IMG/VR virus record: IMGVR_UViG_2872158770_000003
Length of the DNA: 37,298 nt
From: a virus
Taxonomy: Duplodnaviria > Heunggongvirae > Uroviricota > Caudoviricetes
Direction: 5' to 3' (one strand)
The notes under the pieces are model-generated. The model had not been told where the DNA came from. It was given only the letters and a program-made list of their open reading frames with translations, and ran no database searches. Both the position numbers and the translations under genes were made by a program. Positions 17,225 to 28,321 of the stretch are shown here, piece after piece (position 1 is the stretch's first letter; the number at the start of each line of letters is the position of its first letter).

Positions 17225-17977
17225 ATGGCAACACCAAATCCCCTGGAGCCGGTAAAAGGTGCCGGTACCACTCTGTGGGTTTACAACGGCAAGGCTGATG
17301 CTTATGCAAACCCGTTGTCAGACGATGACTGGCAGCGACTGGCTAAGGTGAAGGATCTGACGCCGGGCGAGATGACGGCTGAATCCTATGATGATAACTA
17401 CCTGGATGATGAAGACGCGGACTGGAGCGCGACCGGGCAGGGGCAGAAATCTGCAGGTGATACCAGTTTTACGCTGGCCTGGAAACCGGGAGAGGAAGGC
17501 CAGAAAGGGCTTATAGGCTGGTTTGAAAGCGGCGATGTCCGGGCCTATAAAATCCGTTTTCCGAATGGCACGGTGGATGTGTTTCGTGGCTGGGTCAGCA
17601 GTATCGGTAAGGCCGTGACGGCGAAAGAAGTGATCACCCGCACGGTGAAAGTCACTAACGTGGGTAAACCTTCTGTAGCGGAAGAACGCAGCAAAATTAC
17701 GCCGGTCAGTGCGATTAAGGTGACGCCGACATCCGGTACGGTGGCAAAAGGGAAAACAACCACCCTGACGGTTTCTTTTGAGCCGGAAAGTGCAACCGAC
17801 AAGACGTTCAGAGCGGTTTCCGCCGATCCGTCGAAAGCCACCATTAGTGTGAAAGATATGACAATTACGGTAAACGGCGTGGCGACAGGTAAGGTGCAGA
17901 TCCCTGTGGTGAGCGGAAATGGTCAGTTCGCCGCAGTGGCTGAAGTCACCGTTACTGAAGCGGGCGCTGCAGGGTAA
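17225..17977 (+). CDS. V: major tail tube protein V (250 aa)
   Basis: [14 protein letters not shown]...[41 protein letters not shown] matches lambda gpV, including C-terminal Ig-like domain. Confidence 0.9.
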   Translation: MATPNPLEPVKGAGTTLWVYNGKADAYANPLSDDDWQRLAKVKDLTPGEMTAESYDDNYLDDEDADWSATGQGQKSAGDTSFTLAWKPGEEGQKGLIGWFESGDVRAYKIRFPNGTVDVFRGWVSSIGKAVTAKEVITRTVKVTNVGKPSVAEERSKITPVSAIKVTPTSGTVAKGKTTTLTVSFEPESATDKTFRAVSADPSKATISVKDMTITVNGVATGKVQIPVVSGNGQFAAVAEVTVTEAGAAG

Positions 17978-17990
17978 ACGGAGGTAATAC

Positions 17991-18422
17991 ATGTTTCTGA
18001 AAACAGAACAATTTGAATATAACGGTGTGTCTGTCACGCTTTCCGAATTGTCTGCGCTGCAGCGTATCGAGCATCTTGCCCTCCTGAAACGGCGTGCAGA
18101 ACAGGCAGAATCCAGCGGCAACCTGCAGGTAAGCGTGGAAGATCTCGTCAGAACCGGCGCGTTTCTGGTGGCGATGTCCCTGTGGCATAACCATCCACAG
18201 AAAACGCAGTCACCGTCAATGAATGAGGCCGTGATGAAGATAGAGCAGGAAGTGCTCACCACCTGGCCTGCCGATGCCATTGCCCGGGCGGAAGACGTGG
18301 TGTTGTGCCTGTCCGGGATGATCGAAGCTGTTCGTCCGGATACTGATATTACTGAAGTGGCGAAAAATAACACGCTGACTGATGATGATTTTTCTGCGGG
18401 AAAGTCTTCGACGGCGAGCTGA
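17991..18422 (+). CDS. G: tail assembly chaperone G (143 aa)
   Basis: MFLKTEQFEYNGVSVTLSELSALQRIEHLALLKRRAEQAES... matches lambda gpG. Confidence 0.9.
   Translation: MFLKTEQFEYNGVSVTLSELSALQRIEHLALLKRRAEQAESSGNLQVSVEDLVRTGAFLVAMSLWHNHPQKTQSPSMNEAVMKIEQEVLTTWPADAIARAEDVVLCLSGMIEAVRPDTDITEVAKNNTLTDDDFSAGKSSTAS
18398..18404 (+). other. programmed -1 ribosomal frameshift heptamer GGGAAAG (makes G-T fusion)
   Basis: Slippery sequence near the 3' end of G; the T frame is -1 relative to G. Confidence 0.8.
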
Positions 18423-18448
18423 ACTTTGCCCTCAGACTGGCGCGTGAG

Positions 18449-18862
18449 ATGGGGAGACCCGACTGGCGCGCCATGCTTGCCGGGATGACATCCACCGAAT
18501 ATGCCGACTGGCGCCGTTTTTACCGCACGCATTATTTTCAGGATACCCAGCTGGATATGCATTTTTCCGGGCTGACGTACGCTGTACTCAGCCTGTTTTT
18601 TTGCGATCCGGATATGCATCCCTCTGATTTCAGTCTGCTTGTCCCCCGGCATGAGGAAGAGCAGGTGGAGAGGCCGGATGAGGACAAAATGCTGATGCAG
18701 AAAGCGGCAGGACTTGCCGGAGGCGTCCGGTTCGGTGGGGACGGAGGGCGCGATATTTTATCGTCTGCGGATGTGGCGGATGTCATGGTGGATGATGCCG
18801 CATTAATGATGGCTTCAGCGGGGATTCCGGGAGGTGTGAGATATGTCCCAGCCGGTTGGTGA
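18449..18862 (+). CDS. T: tail assembly protein T (translated as G-T fusion via -1 frameshift)
   Basis: ORF in -1 frame relative to G, between G and the tape-measure gene. Confidence 0.8.
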   Translation: MGRPDWRAMLAGMTSTEYADWRRFYRTHYFQDTQLDMHFSGLTYAVLSLFFCDPDMHPSDFSLLVPRHEEEQVERPDEDKMLMQKAAGLAGGVRFGGDGGRDILSSADVADVMVDDAALMMASAGIPGGVRYVPAGW

Positions 18863-21416
18863 TCTTGTTATTGACCTGAGTCTGGATGCTGTCCGTTTCG
18901 ATGAGCAGATGAGCCGGGTAAGGCGTCATTTTTCAGGTCTGGATACCGACGCCAGAAAAACCGCCAGTGCTGTTGAACAGGGCCTGAGCCGCCAGGCGCT
19001 GGCTGCACAAAAAGCCGGGATTTCCGTCGGGCAGTATAAAGCGGCCATGCGAACCCTGCCCGCACAGTTTACGGATATCGCCACGCAGCTTGCCGGTGGT
19101 CAGAATCCCTGGCTGATCCTGCTGCAACAGGGCGGTCAGGTGAAGGACTCCTTCGGCGGGATGATCCCCATGTTCAGGGGGCTTGCCGATGCGATCACCC
19201 TGCCGATGGTCGGGGTCACCTCGCTGGCGGTGGCGACAGGTGCACTGGTGTACGCCTGGTACCAGGGAGATTCCACGCTTTCAGCGTTTAATAAAACCCT
19301 GGTTCTTTCCGGTAATCAGTCCGGACTGACTGCCGATCGTATGCTGACTCTCTCAAGAGCCGGGCAGGCAGCAGGGCTGACGTTTAACCAGGCGAGAGAG
19401 TCACTGGCAGCCCTGGTGAATGCCGGTGTGCGTGGTGGTGAACAGTTTGATGCCATCAACCAGAGTGTCGCGCGTTTTGCGTCTGCATCCGGTGTGGAGG
19501 TGGATAAAGTCGCTGAAGCCTTCGGGAAGCTGACCACTGACCCGACGTCGGGACTGATGGCGATGGCGCGCCAGTTCCGTAACGTGACGGCAGAGCAGAT
19601 TGCGTATGTTGCACAGCTGCAGCGTTCCGGAGACGAGGCCGGGGCATTGCAGGCGGCGAACGATATCGCCACGAAAGGCTTTGATGAGCAGACCCGTCGC
19701 CTGAAAGAAAACATGGGAACACTGGAGACCTGGGCGGATAAAACAGGGAAGGCATTCAAATCGATGTGGGATGCCATTCTGGATATCGGTCGTCCGGAAT
19801 CCTCAGCGGATATGCTCGCCAGTGCGCAGAAGGCATTTGATGAGGCGGATAAAAAATGGCAGTGGTACCAGAGTCGGAGCCAGCGCCGCGGTAAAACCTC
19901 CTCTTTCCGGGCCAACCTTCAGGGCGCATGGGATGACCGGGAAAATGCCCGTCTGGGTCTGGCAGCGGCAACGCTGCAGTCGGATATGGAAAAAGCCGGT
20001 GAACTGGCGGCAAGGGACAGGGCTGAGCGTGAGTCGTCACAGCTGAAGTATACCGGAGAGGCGCAGAAGGCGTATGAGCGCCTGCTGACGCCACTGGAGA
20101 AATATACCGCCCGGCAGGAAGAGCTGAATAAGGCCCTGAAAGACGGGAAAATCCTGCAGGCGGATTACAACACGCTGATGGCGTCGGCAAAAAAGGATTA
20201 TGAGTCGACGCAGAAAAAGCCGTCCGGTGTGAAGGTGTCTGCCGGTGAGCGCCAGGAAGACCAGGCGCATGCAGCCCTGCTGGCGCTTGAAACTGAGCTC
20301 AGGACGCTGGAGAAGCACAGCGGTGCGAATGAAAAAATCAGCCAGCAGCGCCGTGATTTATGGAAAGCGGAAAATCAGTATGTGGTCCTGAAAGAGGCCG
20401 CCACGAAACGGCAGTTATCTGAGCAGGAAAAATCCCTGCTGGCCCATGAGAAAGAAACGCTGGAGTACAAACGCCAGCTGGCTGAGCTGGGCGACAAGAT
20501 TGAACACCAGAAACGGCTGAATGAGCTGGCACAGCAGGCGGCGCGGTTTGAACAGCAGCAGAGCGCGAAGCAGGCGGCAATCAGCGCAAAAGCCCGCGGA
20601 CTCACCGACCGTCAGGCGCAGCGGGAGTCGGAAGAGCAGCGCCTTCGTGAGGTGTACGGTGATAATCCGGCTGCGCTGGCGAAGGCCACATCTGCACTGA
20701 AGAACACCTGGTCTGCGGAGGAGCAGCTTCGTGGAAGCTGGATGGCCGGGATGAAGTCCGGCTGGGGCGAGTGGGCGGAAAGTGCGACGGACAGTTTTTC
20801 GCAGGTTAAAAACGCGGCCACGCAGACCTTTGACGGTATTGCACAGAATATGGCAGCGATGCTGATCGGCAGCGAACAGAACTGGCGTGGTTTCACCCGT
20901 TCTGTGCTGTCCATGCTGACAGAGATTTTTCTGAAGCAGGCGATGGTGGGGATAGTCGGGAGTATCGGCAGCGCCATTGGCGGTGCTTTCGGTGGTGGTG
21001 CGTCTGCCTCCACGGGGACGGCCATTCAGGCTGCGGCGGCGAACTTCCATTTCGCGACCGGGGGATTTACGGGGACGGGGGGTAAATATGAACCTGCGGG
21101 GATTGTTCATCGCGGGGAGTTTGTCTTCACGAAGGAGGCGACCAGCCGGATTGGTGTCGGCAATCTGTACCGCCTGATGCGGGGCTATGCGGAAGGTGGT
21201 TATGTCGGCGGTGCCGGAAGTCCGGCGCAGATGCGGCGGGCGGAAGGCATTAATTTTAATCAGAACAATCACGTGGTGATTCAGAACGACGGCCCCAACG
21301 GGCGGGCAGGGCCGCAGCTGATGAAAGCGGTGTATGAGATGGCCCGCAAGGGGGCACAGGATGAACTCCGGCTGCAGTTGCGTGATGGCGGTATGTTATC
21401 AGGGAGCGGTGGATGA
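18843..21416 (+). CDS. H: tail tape measure protein H (857 aa)
   Basis: Lambda gpH-like length, coiled-coil-rich centre and Gly-rich C-terminus; gene order G/T-H-M. Confidence 0.9.
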   Translation: MSQPVGDLVIDLSLDAVRFDEQMSRVRRHFSGLDTDARKTASAVEQGLSRQALAAQKAGISVGQYKAAMRTLPAQFTDIATQLAGGQNPWLILLQQGGQVKDSFGGMIPMFRGLADAITLPMVGVTSLAVATGALVYAWYQGDSTLSAFNKTLVLSGNQSGLTADRMLTLSRAGQAAGLTFNQARESLAALVNAGVRGGEQFDAINQSVARFASASGVEVDKVAEAFGKLTTDPTSGLMAMARQFRNVTAEQIAYVAQLQRSGDEAGALQAANDIATKGFDEQTRRLKENMGTLETWADKTGKAFKSMWDAILDIGRPESSADMLASAQKAFDEADKKWQWYQSRSQRRGKTSSFRANLQGAWDDRENARLGLAAATLQSDMEKAGELAARDRAERESSQLKYTGEAQKAYERLLTPLEKYTARQEELNKALKDGKILQADYNTLMASAKKDYESTQKKPSGVKVSAGERQEDQAHAALLALETELRTLEKHSGANEKISQQRRDLWKAENQYVVLKEAATKRQLSEQEKSLLAHEKETLEYKRQLAELGDKIEHQKRLNELAQQAARFEQQQSAKQAAISAKARGLTDRQAQRESEEQRLREVYGDNPAALAKATSALKNTWSAEEQLRGSWMAGMKSGWGEWAESATDSFSQVKNAATQTFDGIAQNMAAMLIGSEQNWRGFTRSVLSMLTEIFLKQAMVGIVGSIGSAIGGAFGGGASASTGTAIQAAAANFHFATGGFTGTGGKYEPAGIVHRGEFVFTKEATSRIGVGNLYRLMRGYAEGGYVGGAGSPAQMRRAEGINFNQNNHVVIQNDGPNGRAGPQLMKAVYEMARKGAQDELRLQLRDGGMLSGSGG

Positions 21417-21742
21417 AAACCTTTCGCTGGAAAGTGAAGCCGGATATGGAGGTGAACTCGCAGCCATCGGTGCGTGAAGTGCGTTTTGGTGACGGGTACT
21501 CACAGCGTATGGCGGCAGGGCTGAATGCTGACCTGAAAACATACAGGGTGACGCTTTCCGTGACCCGGGAGGAGGCCCGGCATCTGGAAGCGTTCCTGGC
21601 AGAGCACGGTGGCTGGAAGGCATTTTTGTGGAAGCCACCCTATGCATACCGGCAGATAAAGGTGACCTGTGCCGGGTGGTCTGCGCGGGTCGGGATGTTG
21701 CGCGTTGAGTTCAGCGCGGAGTTTAAGCAGGTGGTGAACTGA
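21413..21742 (+). CDS. M: minor tail protein M (109 aa)
   Basis: Length and sequence match lambda gpM; overlaps H stop. Confidence 0.85.
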   Translation: MKTFRWKVKPDMEVNSQPSVREVRFGDGYSQRMAAGLNADLKTYRVTLSVTREEARHLEAFLAEHGGWKAFLWKPPYAYRQIKVTCAGWSARVGMLRVEFSAEFKQVVN

Positions 21743-22440
21743 TGCAGGATATTCGCGAAGAAAGTCTGAACGAGTCGGTTAAGTCAGAGCAGTCACCGCG
21801 GGTGGTACTCTGGGAAATCGACCTGACGGTACAGGGTGGTGAGCGGTATTTTTTCTGTAATGAGCTGAATGAAAAAGGGGAGCCGGTCACCTGGCAGGGG
21901 CGTAAGTATGAGGCATACCCGATTGACGGCAGCGGCTTTGAGATGAACGGCCGGGGCAGCAGTGCCAGACCGTCGCTGACGGTGTCCAATCTGTTCGGTC
22001 TGGTCACCGGGATGGCGGAAGACCTGCAGAGTCTGGTGGGGGCCACGGTGGTCCGCCGCCGGGTGTATGCCCGTTTTCTGGATGCGGTGAATTTCGTTGC
22101 GGGCAATCCGGAGGCGGACCCGGAGCAGGAGCTGAGTGACCGCTGGGTGGTGGAGCAGATGTCGCAGCTGACAGCCATGACGGCCTCGTTTGTGCTGGCT
22201 ACACCGACCGAGACGGACGGGGCGCTGTTTCCCGGTCGCATCATGCTGGCGAACACCTGTATGTGGGATTACCGGGGAGATGAATGCGGGTATAACGGTC
22301 CTGCGGTGGCGGATGAGTTCGACAACCCCACCACGGATATCCGTAAGGACAGATGCAGCAAGTGCATGCGCGGGTGTGAACTGCGCAGGAATGTCGGCAA
22401 TTTTGGCGGTTTCCTTTCCATTAATAAACTTTCGCAGTAA
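21742..22440 (+). CDS. L: tail tip protein L (232 aa)
   Basis: Length identical to lambda gpL; C-terminal cysteine cluster CSKCMRGCELRRN. Confidence 0.85.
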   Translation: MQDIREESLNESVKSEQSPRVVLWEIDLTVQGGERYFFCNELNEKGEPVTWQGRKYEAYPIDGSGFEMNGRGSSARPSLTVSNLFGLVTGMAEDLQSLVGATVVRRRVYARFLDAVNFVAGNPEADPEQELSDRWVVEQMSQLTAMTASFVLATPTETDGALFPGRIMLANTCMWDYRGDECGYNGPAVADEFDNPTTDIRKDRCSKCMRGCELRRNVGNFGGFLSINKLSQ

Positions 22441-22450
22441 ATCCCGGTTT

Positions 22451-23194
22451 ATGACACAGACTGAATCAGCGATTCTGGCACATGCCCGGCGGTGTGCGCC
22501 TGCGGAGTCGTGCGGCTTCGTGATAAGCACGCCGGAGGGGGAGCGGTATATCCCTTGTGTGAATATTTCCGCAGAGCCGGAGGCGTATTTTCGTATCGCA
22601 CCGGAAGACTGGCTGCGGGCAGAGATGCAGGGGGAGATTGTGGCACTGGTCCACAGTCATCCCGGTGGGCTGCCCTGGCTGAGCGAGGCTGACCGGCGGT
22701 TGCAGATAAAAAGCGCACTGCCCTGGTGGTTGGTCTGCCGGGGTGACATTCACAAATTCCGCTGTGTGCCACATCTGACAGGACGGCGCTTTGAGCACGG
22801 GGTGACGGACTGTTACACGCTGTTCCGGGATGCTTATCATCTGGCGGGGACTGAAATGCCGGATTTTCATCGCGAGGATGACTGGTGGCGCAACGGTCAG
22901 AACCTTTACCTGGACAATATGGCGGTCACCGGCTTTTACCGGGTGCCCCTGTCCTCTGCACAGGCGGGCGATATTCTGCTGTGCTGCTTTGGTGCTTCGG
23001 TACCGAACCATGCCGCCATTTACTGCGGCAACGGTGAGCTGCTTCACCATCTGCCTGAACAACTGAGTAAACGGGAGAGGTATTCCGAAAAATGGCAACG
23101 ACGAACGCATTCAGTCTGGCGTCACCGCCACTGGCACGCATCTGCCTTCACGGGGATTTACAACGATTTGGCCGCCGCCTTAGCCTGTATGTGA
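22451..23194 (+). CDS. K: tail tip assembly protein K (JAB/MPN plus NlpC/P60-like); start uncertain
   Basis: MTQTESAILAHARRCAPAESCGF...VHSHPGG (JAMM-like) then ...GVTDCYTLFRDAYHLAG (NlpC/P60-like Cys); 103-bp overlap with I as in lambda. Confidence 0.75.
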   Translation: MTQTESAILAHARRCAPAESCGFVISTPEGERYIPCVNISAEPEAYFRIAPEDWLRAEMQGEIVALVHSHPGGLPWLSEADRRLQIKSALPWWLVCRGDIHKFRCVPHLTGRRFEHGVTDCYTLFRDAYHLAGTEMPDFHREDDWWRNGQNLYLDNMAVTGFYRVPLSSAQAGDILLCCFGASVPNHAAIYCGNGELLHHLPEQLSKRERYSEKWQRRTHSVWRHRHWHASAFTGIYNDLAAALACM

Positions 23195-23772
23195 ACACGG
23201 CAGCGGAAGCCATTCGCGCCCTGTCGATGCAGATGCCGGGCTTTCGCCGTCAGATGAACGAAGGCTGGTACCAGATACGTATTGCCGGTTATGACACGGC
23301 ACCGGAGGCGGTGTACGCCCGTCTTCACGAACAGCTGGGTGAGGGAACGGTCATCCACATTGTGCCGCGACTGGCCGGGGCCGGAAAGGGTGGACTGCAG
23401 ATTGTGCTGGGGGCGGCAGCCATCGTGGGCTCTTTCTTCACTGCCGGGGCATCAATGGCGTTATGGGGTTCAGCCCTGGCAGCCGGTGGTTTTTCTGCCA
23501 CCACGATGCTGTTTTCACTTGGAGCCAGCATGATTCTGGGCGGTGTGGCCCAGATGCTGGCCCCGAAGGCAAAAACACCGGATTACCGCGCAACGGATAA
23601 CGGCAGACAGAACACGTACTTTTCCTCACTGGATAACATGATTGCCCAGGGGAACCCGATGCCGGTGCCTTACGGGGAAATGCTGGTTGGCTCCCGCCGT
23701 ATATCCCAGGACATCAGCACCCGTGATGAAGGCGGGGGCGGAAAGGTCGTGGTTATCGGGCGGCAGGGGTAA
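23092..23772 (+). CDS. I: tail tip assembly protein I (226 aa)
   Basis: MATTNAFSLASPPLARICLHGDLQRFGRR... and C-terminal QNTYFSSLDNMIAQGNPMPVPYGEMLVGSRRISQ match lambda gpI. Confidence 0.85.
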   Translation: MATTNAFSLASPPLARICLHGDLQRFGRRLSLYVNTAAEAIRALSMQMPGFRRQMNEGWYQIRIAGYDTAPEAVYARLHEQLGEGTVIHIVPRLAGAGKGGLQIVLGAAAIVGSFFTAGASMALWGSALAAGGFSATTMLFSLGASMILGGVAQMLAPKAKTPDYRATDNGRQNTYFSSLDNMIAQGNPMPVPYGEMLVGSRRISQDISTRDEGGGGKVVVIGRQG

Positions 23773-23985
23773 AAAGAATAAAAAAATCCCGCAGTGATCG
23801 CGGACAGGAACTGCGGGAGAGTTACGAAGATTAAGTGTAAGGAATTATTCTTATATCACGACAAAAAAATTAACGCAGAGAAATTATACGCGCCACAGTC
23901 AGTTTGTGAAAATGTGAAGATATTCAGAATTTTTATGCCATTACCGGTTTTAACCAACAGGATTATCGGTGGGCATGAAAGAAAA

Positions 23986-24018
23986 CCCCGGTATCTGCTG
24001 ATACCGGGGTTTCTCTTT
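23986..24018. terminator. strong hairpin with flanking T-runs in the I-J intergenic insert
   Basis: 9-bp stem CCCCGGTAT/ATACCGGGG, loop CTGCTG, followed by TTTCTCTTT; the opposite strand also has a T-rich tail. Confidence 0.55.
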
Positions 24019-24115
24019 AGCATGGCAGAAATGTGTTTCATGCTTTTCGGGCGAAGGATATCCGACTTCTGTACGGAATGGCAAGTGGCGGTTAATTTAT
24101 TCAGGGGAAGGCTGT

Positions 24116-27100
24116 ATGGGAAAAGGTGGCGGTAAGGCACACACGCCTCGTGAGGCGAAGGATAATCTCAAATCCACGCAGATGATGAGCGTGATTGATG
24201 CGATTGGTGAGGGACTGATAGAAGGTCCGGTGAAGGGACTGCAGAGTATCCTGGTGAACAAAACCCCGCTGACGGACACGGACGGTAATCCCGTGATACA
24301 CGGTGTGACGGCGGTCTGACGCGCCGGGGAGCAGGAGCAGACACCACCGGAAGGCTTTGAGTCCTCCGGTGCTGAAACCGGACTGGGCGTGGAAGTGACG
24401 AAGGCAAAACCGGTGACGCGCACCATTACGTCCGCGAACATTGACCGCCTGCGGGTTACCTTCGGGGTGCAGTCACTGGTGCAGACCACGTCAAAGGGTG
24501 ACCGAAACCCGACATCCGTCCGCCTGCTGATTCAGTTACAGCGTAACGGTAACTGGGTGACAGAAAAGGATGTCACCATTAACGGCAAGACCACCTCGCA
24601 GTTTCTGGCGTCGGTGATTCTGGATAATCTGCCTCCCCGTCCTTTTAACATCCGGATGGTCCGGGAGACAGCGGACAGCACCACGGACCAGCTGCAGAAT
24701 AAGACGCTGTGGTCGTCATACACCGAAATCATCGATGTGAAACAGTGCTACCCGAACACGGCCATTGTGGGGCTGCAGGTGGATGCGGAGCAGTTCGGCG
24801 GCCAGCAGATGACGGTGAACTACCATATCCGCGGTCGCATCATCCAGGTGCCGTCAAACTATGACCCGGAAAAACGCACGTACAGTGGTATCTGGGACGG
24901 TAGCCTGAAACCGGCATACAGCAACAATCCGGCCTGGTGTCTGTGGGACATGCTGACTCACCCGCGCTACGGCATGGGAAAACGTCTGGGGGCGGCGGAT
25001 GTGGACAAGTGGGCGCTGTATGCCATCGGGCAGTACTGCGACCAGACGGTCCCGGATAGTTTCGGGGAGACCGAGCCGCGGATGACCTTCAATGCGTACC
25101 TGGCACAACAGCGTAAGGCATGGGACGTGCTCAGTGATTTCTGCTCGGCGATGCGCTGTATGCCGGTATGGAACGGCCAGACGCTGACGTTTGTTCAGGA
25201 CCGCCCGTCGGATGTGGTGTGGCCGTACACCAACAGCGATGTGGTGGTGGATGATAACGGCGTGGGTTTCCGCTACAGCTTCAGTGCCCTGAAGGACCGG
25301 CACACGGCGGTGGAGGTGAATTATACCGACCCGCAGAACGGCTGGCAGACCTCCACGGAACTGGTGGAAGACCCGGAAGCCATACTGCGCTACGGACGCA
25401 ACCTGCTGAAGATGGACGCGTTCGGCTGTACCAGCCGCGGTCAGGCCCACCGTGCCGGACTGTGGGTGATAAAGACCGAACTGCTGGAAACGCAGACGGT
25501 GGATTTCACGCTCGGGTCTCAGGGGCTGCGGCACACACCCGGTGACATCATTGAAATCTGTGATAACGACTATGCCGGGACCCTGACCGGCGGACGTGTC
25601 CTGTCCATTGATGCTGCCACCCGCACTCTGACGCTGGACCGTGAAGTGACACTTCCGGAGACCGGTGCCGCCACGGTGAACCTGATTAACGGCAGCGGTA
25701 AGCCGGTGAGTGTGGACATCACCGAACACCCCGCGCCGGACCGGATACAGGTCAGTACCCTGCCTGATGGTGTGGGGACTCTCCCTGCCGTCACTGCGCC
25801 GTCTCCTGTTCCGCTGTGTCTCCGTCCGGGAAAACACGGACGGCACCTTTGCCATCACGGCGGTGCAGCACGTACTGGAAAAAGAAGCCATCGTGGATAA
25901 CGGTGCCCGCTTTGAGCCGCAGTCAGGTTCCCTGAACAGCGTCATCCCACCGGCAGTGCAGCACCTGACGGCCAGTATCTGGCGCAGGCGAAATGGGACA
26001 CGCCGCGGGTGGTGAAGGGTGTGCGCTTCAGTCTGCGCCTGACCAGTGGTAAGGGAACGGATGCCAGACTGGTGACCACCGCCATCACCGCAGACACGGA
26101 GCACCGTTTCAGCGGCCTGCCGCTCGGGGAATACACCCTGACGGTGCGGGCGATAAACAGCTATGGCCAGCAGGGTGAACCTGCCACCACCACCTTCCGG
26201 ATTGCCGCACCGGCAGCACCGTCGCGGATTGAGCTGACGCCGGGCTATTTTCAGATAACCGCAACGCCGCATCTTGCCGTTTATGACCCGACGGTACAGT
26301 TTGAGTTCTGGTTCTCGGAAAAGCGGATTGCGGATATCAGGCAGGTTGAAACCAGCGCCCGCTATCTTGGCACGGCGCTGTACTGGATAGCCGCCAGTAT
26401 CAATATCAAACCGGGCCATGATTATTATTTTTACGTTCGCAGTGTGAACACCGTTGGCAAATCGGCATTCGTGGAGGCTGTCGGTCGGGCGAGCGATGAT
26501 GCGGAAGGTTACTTGGATTTTTTCAAAGGAGAGATAGGGAAAACACATCTGGCTCAGGAGCTGTGGACGCAGATTGATAACGGTCAGCTTGCGCCTGACC
26601 TGGCTGAAATCAGGACGTCCATTACGGATGTCAGCAATGAAATCACGCAGACTGTCAATAAGAAACTGAAAGACCAGAGTGCGGCAATCCAGCAGATACA
26701 GAAGGTTCAGGTTGATACAAATAATAATCTGAACAGCATGTGGGCTGTGAAGCTGCAACAGATGAAGGACGGACGCCTTTATATTGCGGGTATCGGTGCC
26801 GGTATTGAGAATACGCCAGCAGGAATGCAGAGTCAGGTGCTGCTGGCGGCAGACAGGATTGCGATGATTAATCCTGCGAATGGCAACACAAAGCCGATGT
26901 TTGTTGGTCAGGGCGATCAGATATTCATGAACGACGTGTTCCTGAAACGCCTGACGGCTCCCACCATTACCAGCGGCGGTAATCCTCCGGCATTTTCCCT
27001 GACACCGGACGGAAAACTGACCGCTAAAAATGCAGATATCAGTGGCAGTGTGAATGCGAACGCCGGGACGCTCAACAATGTCACAATTAATGAGAACTGT

Positions 27101-27550
27101 CAGATTAAGGGGAAACTGTCAGCCAACCAGATTGAAGGCGATATAGTCAAAACAGTGGGTAAGGCTTTTCCGCGGGACTCCCGGGCACCGGAGCGGTGGC
27201 CATCAGGGACCATTACCGTCAGGATTTATGACGATCAGCCTTTTGACAGGCAAATTGTTATTCCGGCGGTGGCATTCAGCGGCGCTAAACATGAGCGGGA
27301 GAATAACGATATTTATTCGTCATGCCGCCTGATAGTACGGAAAAACGGTGCTGAAATTTATAACCGTACCGCGCTGGATAATACGCTGATTTACAGTGGT
27401 GTTATTGATATGCCAGCTGGTCGCGGCCACATGACGCTGGAGTTTTCGGTGTCAGCATGGCTGGTGAATAACTGGTATCCCACAGCAAGTATCAGCGATT
27501 TGCTGGTTGTGGTGATGAAGAAAGCCACCGCAGGCATCAGTATCAGCTGA
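24116..27550 (+). pseudogene. J: central tail fiber / host specificity protein J, inactivated by one in-frame stop and two frameshifts
   Basis: Lambda J-like sequence over the full length, but in-frame TGA at 24317-24319 and frame changes near 25775 and 25975 break it into three ORFs (67, 503 and 513 aa). Confidence 0.85.
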
Positions 27551-27569
27551 ATTTTATAACCCATATACG

Positions 27570-27594
27570 GGCGCCAGAAATGGCGCCTTTTTTA
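27570..27594 (+). terminator. rho-independent terminator downstream of J
   Basis: Stem GGCGCC, loop AGAAAT, stem GGCGCC, then TTTTTT. Confidence 0.7.
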
Positions 27595-27617
27595 TTGCAG
27601 AAAAGCGAGAGGTAATT

Positions 27618-28217
27618 ATGCGTAAAGTTTGTGCAGCCATTTTGTCCGCAGCCATCTGTCTGTCCGTATCCGGTGCGCCTGCATGGGCGTCTGAACATCA
27701 GTCCACACTGAGCGCGGGGTATCTTCATGCCCGTACGAACGCTCCCGGCAGCGATAATCTGAACGGGATTAACGTGAAATACCGTTATGAGTTTACGGAC
27801 GCGCTGGGGCTGATTACGTCCTTCAGTTATGCCAATGCTGAGGATGAGCAAAAAACGCACTACAGCGATACCCGCTGGCATGAAGATTCCGTGCGTAACC
27901 GCTGGTTCAGCGTGATGGCGGGGCCGTCTGTACGCGTGAATGAATGGTTCAGCGCGTATGCGATGGTGGGTGTGGCTTACAGCCGTGTGTCGACTTTCTC
28001 CGGGGATTATCTCCGCGTAACTGACAACAAGGGGAAAACGCACGATGTGCTGACCGGAAGTGATGACGGTCGCCACAGCAACACGTCTCTGGCGTGGGGG
28101 GCTGGCGTGCAGTTTAACCCGACCGAATCCGTGACCATTGACCTTGCTTATGAAGGTTCCGGTAGTGGTGACTGGCGAACGGATGCATTTATTGTTGGTA
28201 TCGGATACCGTATCTGA
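27618..28217 (+). CDS. lom: Ail/Lom-family outer membrane beta-barrel protein (199 aa)
   Basis: Signal peptide MRKVCAAILSAAICLSVSGAPAWA; alternating aromatic beta-strand pattern ending ...FIVGIGYRI; position after J as in lambda. Confidence 0.8.
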   Translation: MRKVCAAILSAAICLSVSGAPAWASEHQSTLSAGYLHARTNAPGSDNLNGINVKYRYEFTDALGLITSFSYANAEDEQKTHYSDTRWHEDSVRNRWFSVMAGPSVRVNEWFSAYAMVGVAYSRVSTFSGDYLRVTDNKGKTHDVLTGSDDGRHSNTSLAWGAGVQFNPTESVTIDLAYEGSGSGDWRTDAFIVGIGYRI

Positions 28218-28321
28218 CAACAGACGCCGATTTATCTTCTGTAAATATTGTTATGATACGCAGGTTCATCCACCTTATGGGGTGAACTGCGTTTGAGGAA
28301 ACGTAAAGTTACACTGTCCTG

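Noticed and set aside
17318-18652. 444-aa minus-strand ORF overlapping V, G and T
   Set aside because: Antisense to well-supported lambda-like tail genes; Arg/Cys-rich low-complexity translation typical of a spurious reverse frame in GC-rich coding DNA.
18868-21272. Multiple ORFs on the minus strand and in alternate frames inside tape-measure gene H
   Set aside because: Embedded in a long, intact H gene; no ribosome-binding sites and biased composition.
22190-23194. 334-aa ORF starting inside gene L
   Set aside because: The 5' extension overlaps L in another frame; the lambda K-like sequence begins at the ATG at 22451.
24854-26758. 634-aa minus-strand ORF antisense to J
   Set aside because: Lies entirely inside the J homology region on the opposite strand; composition looks like a reverse-frame artefact.
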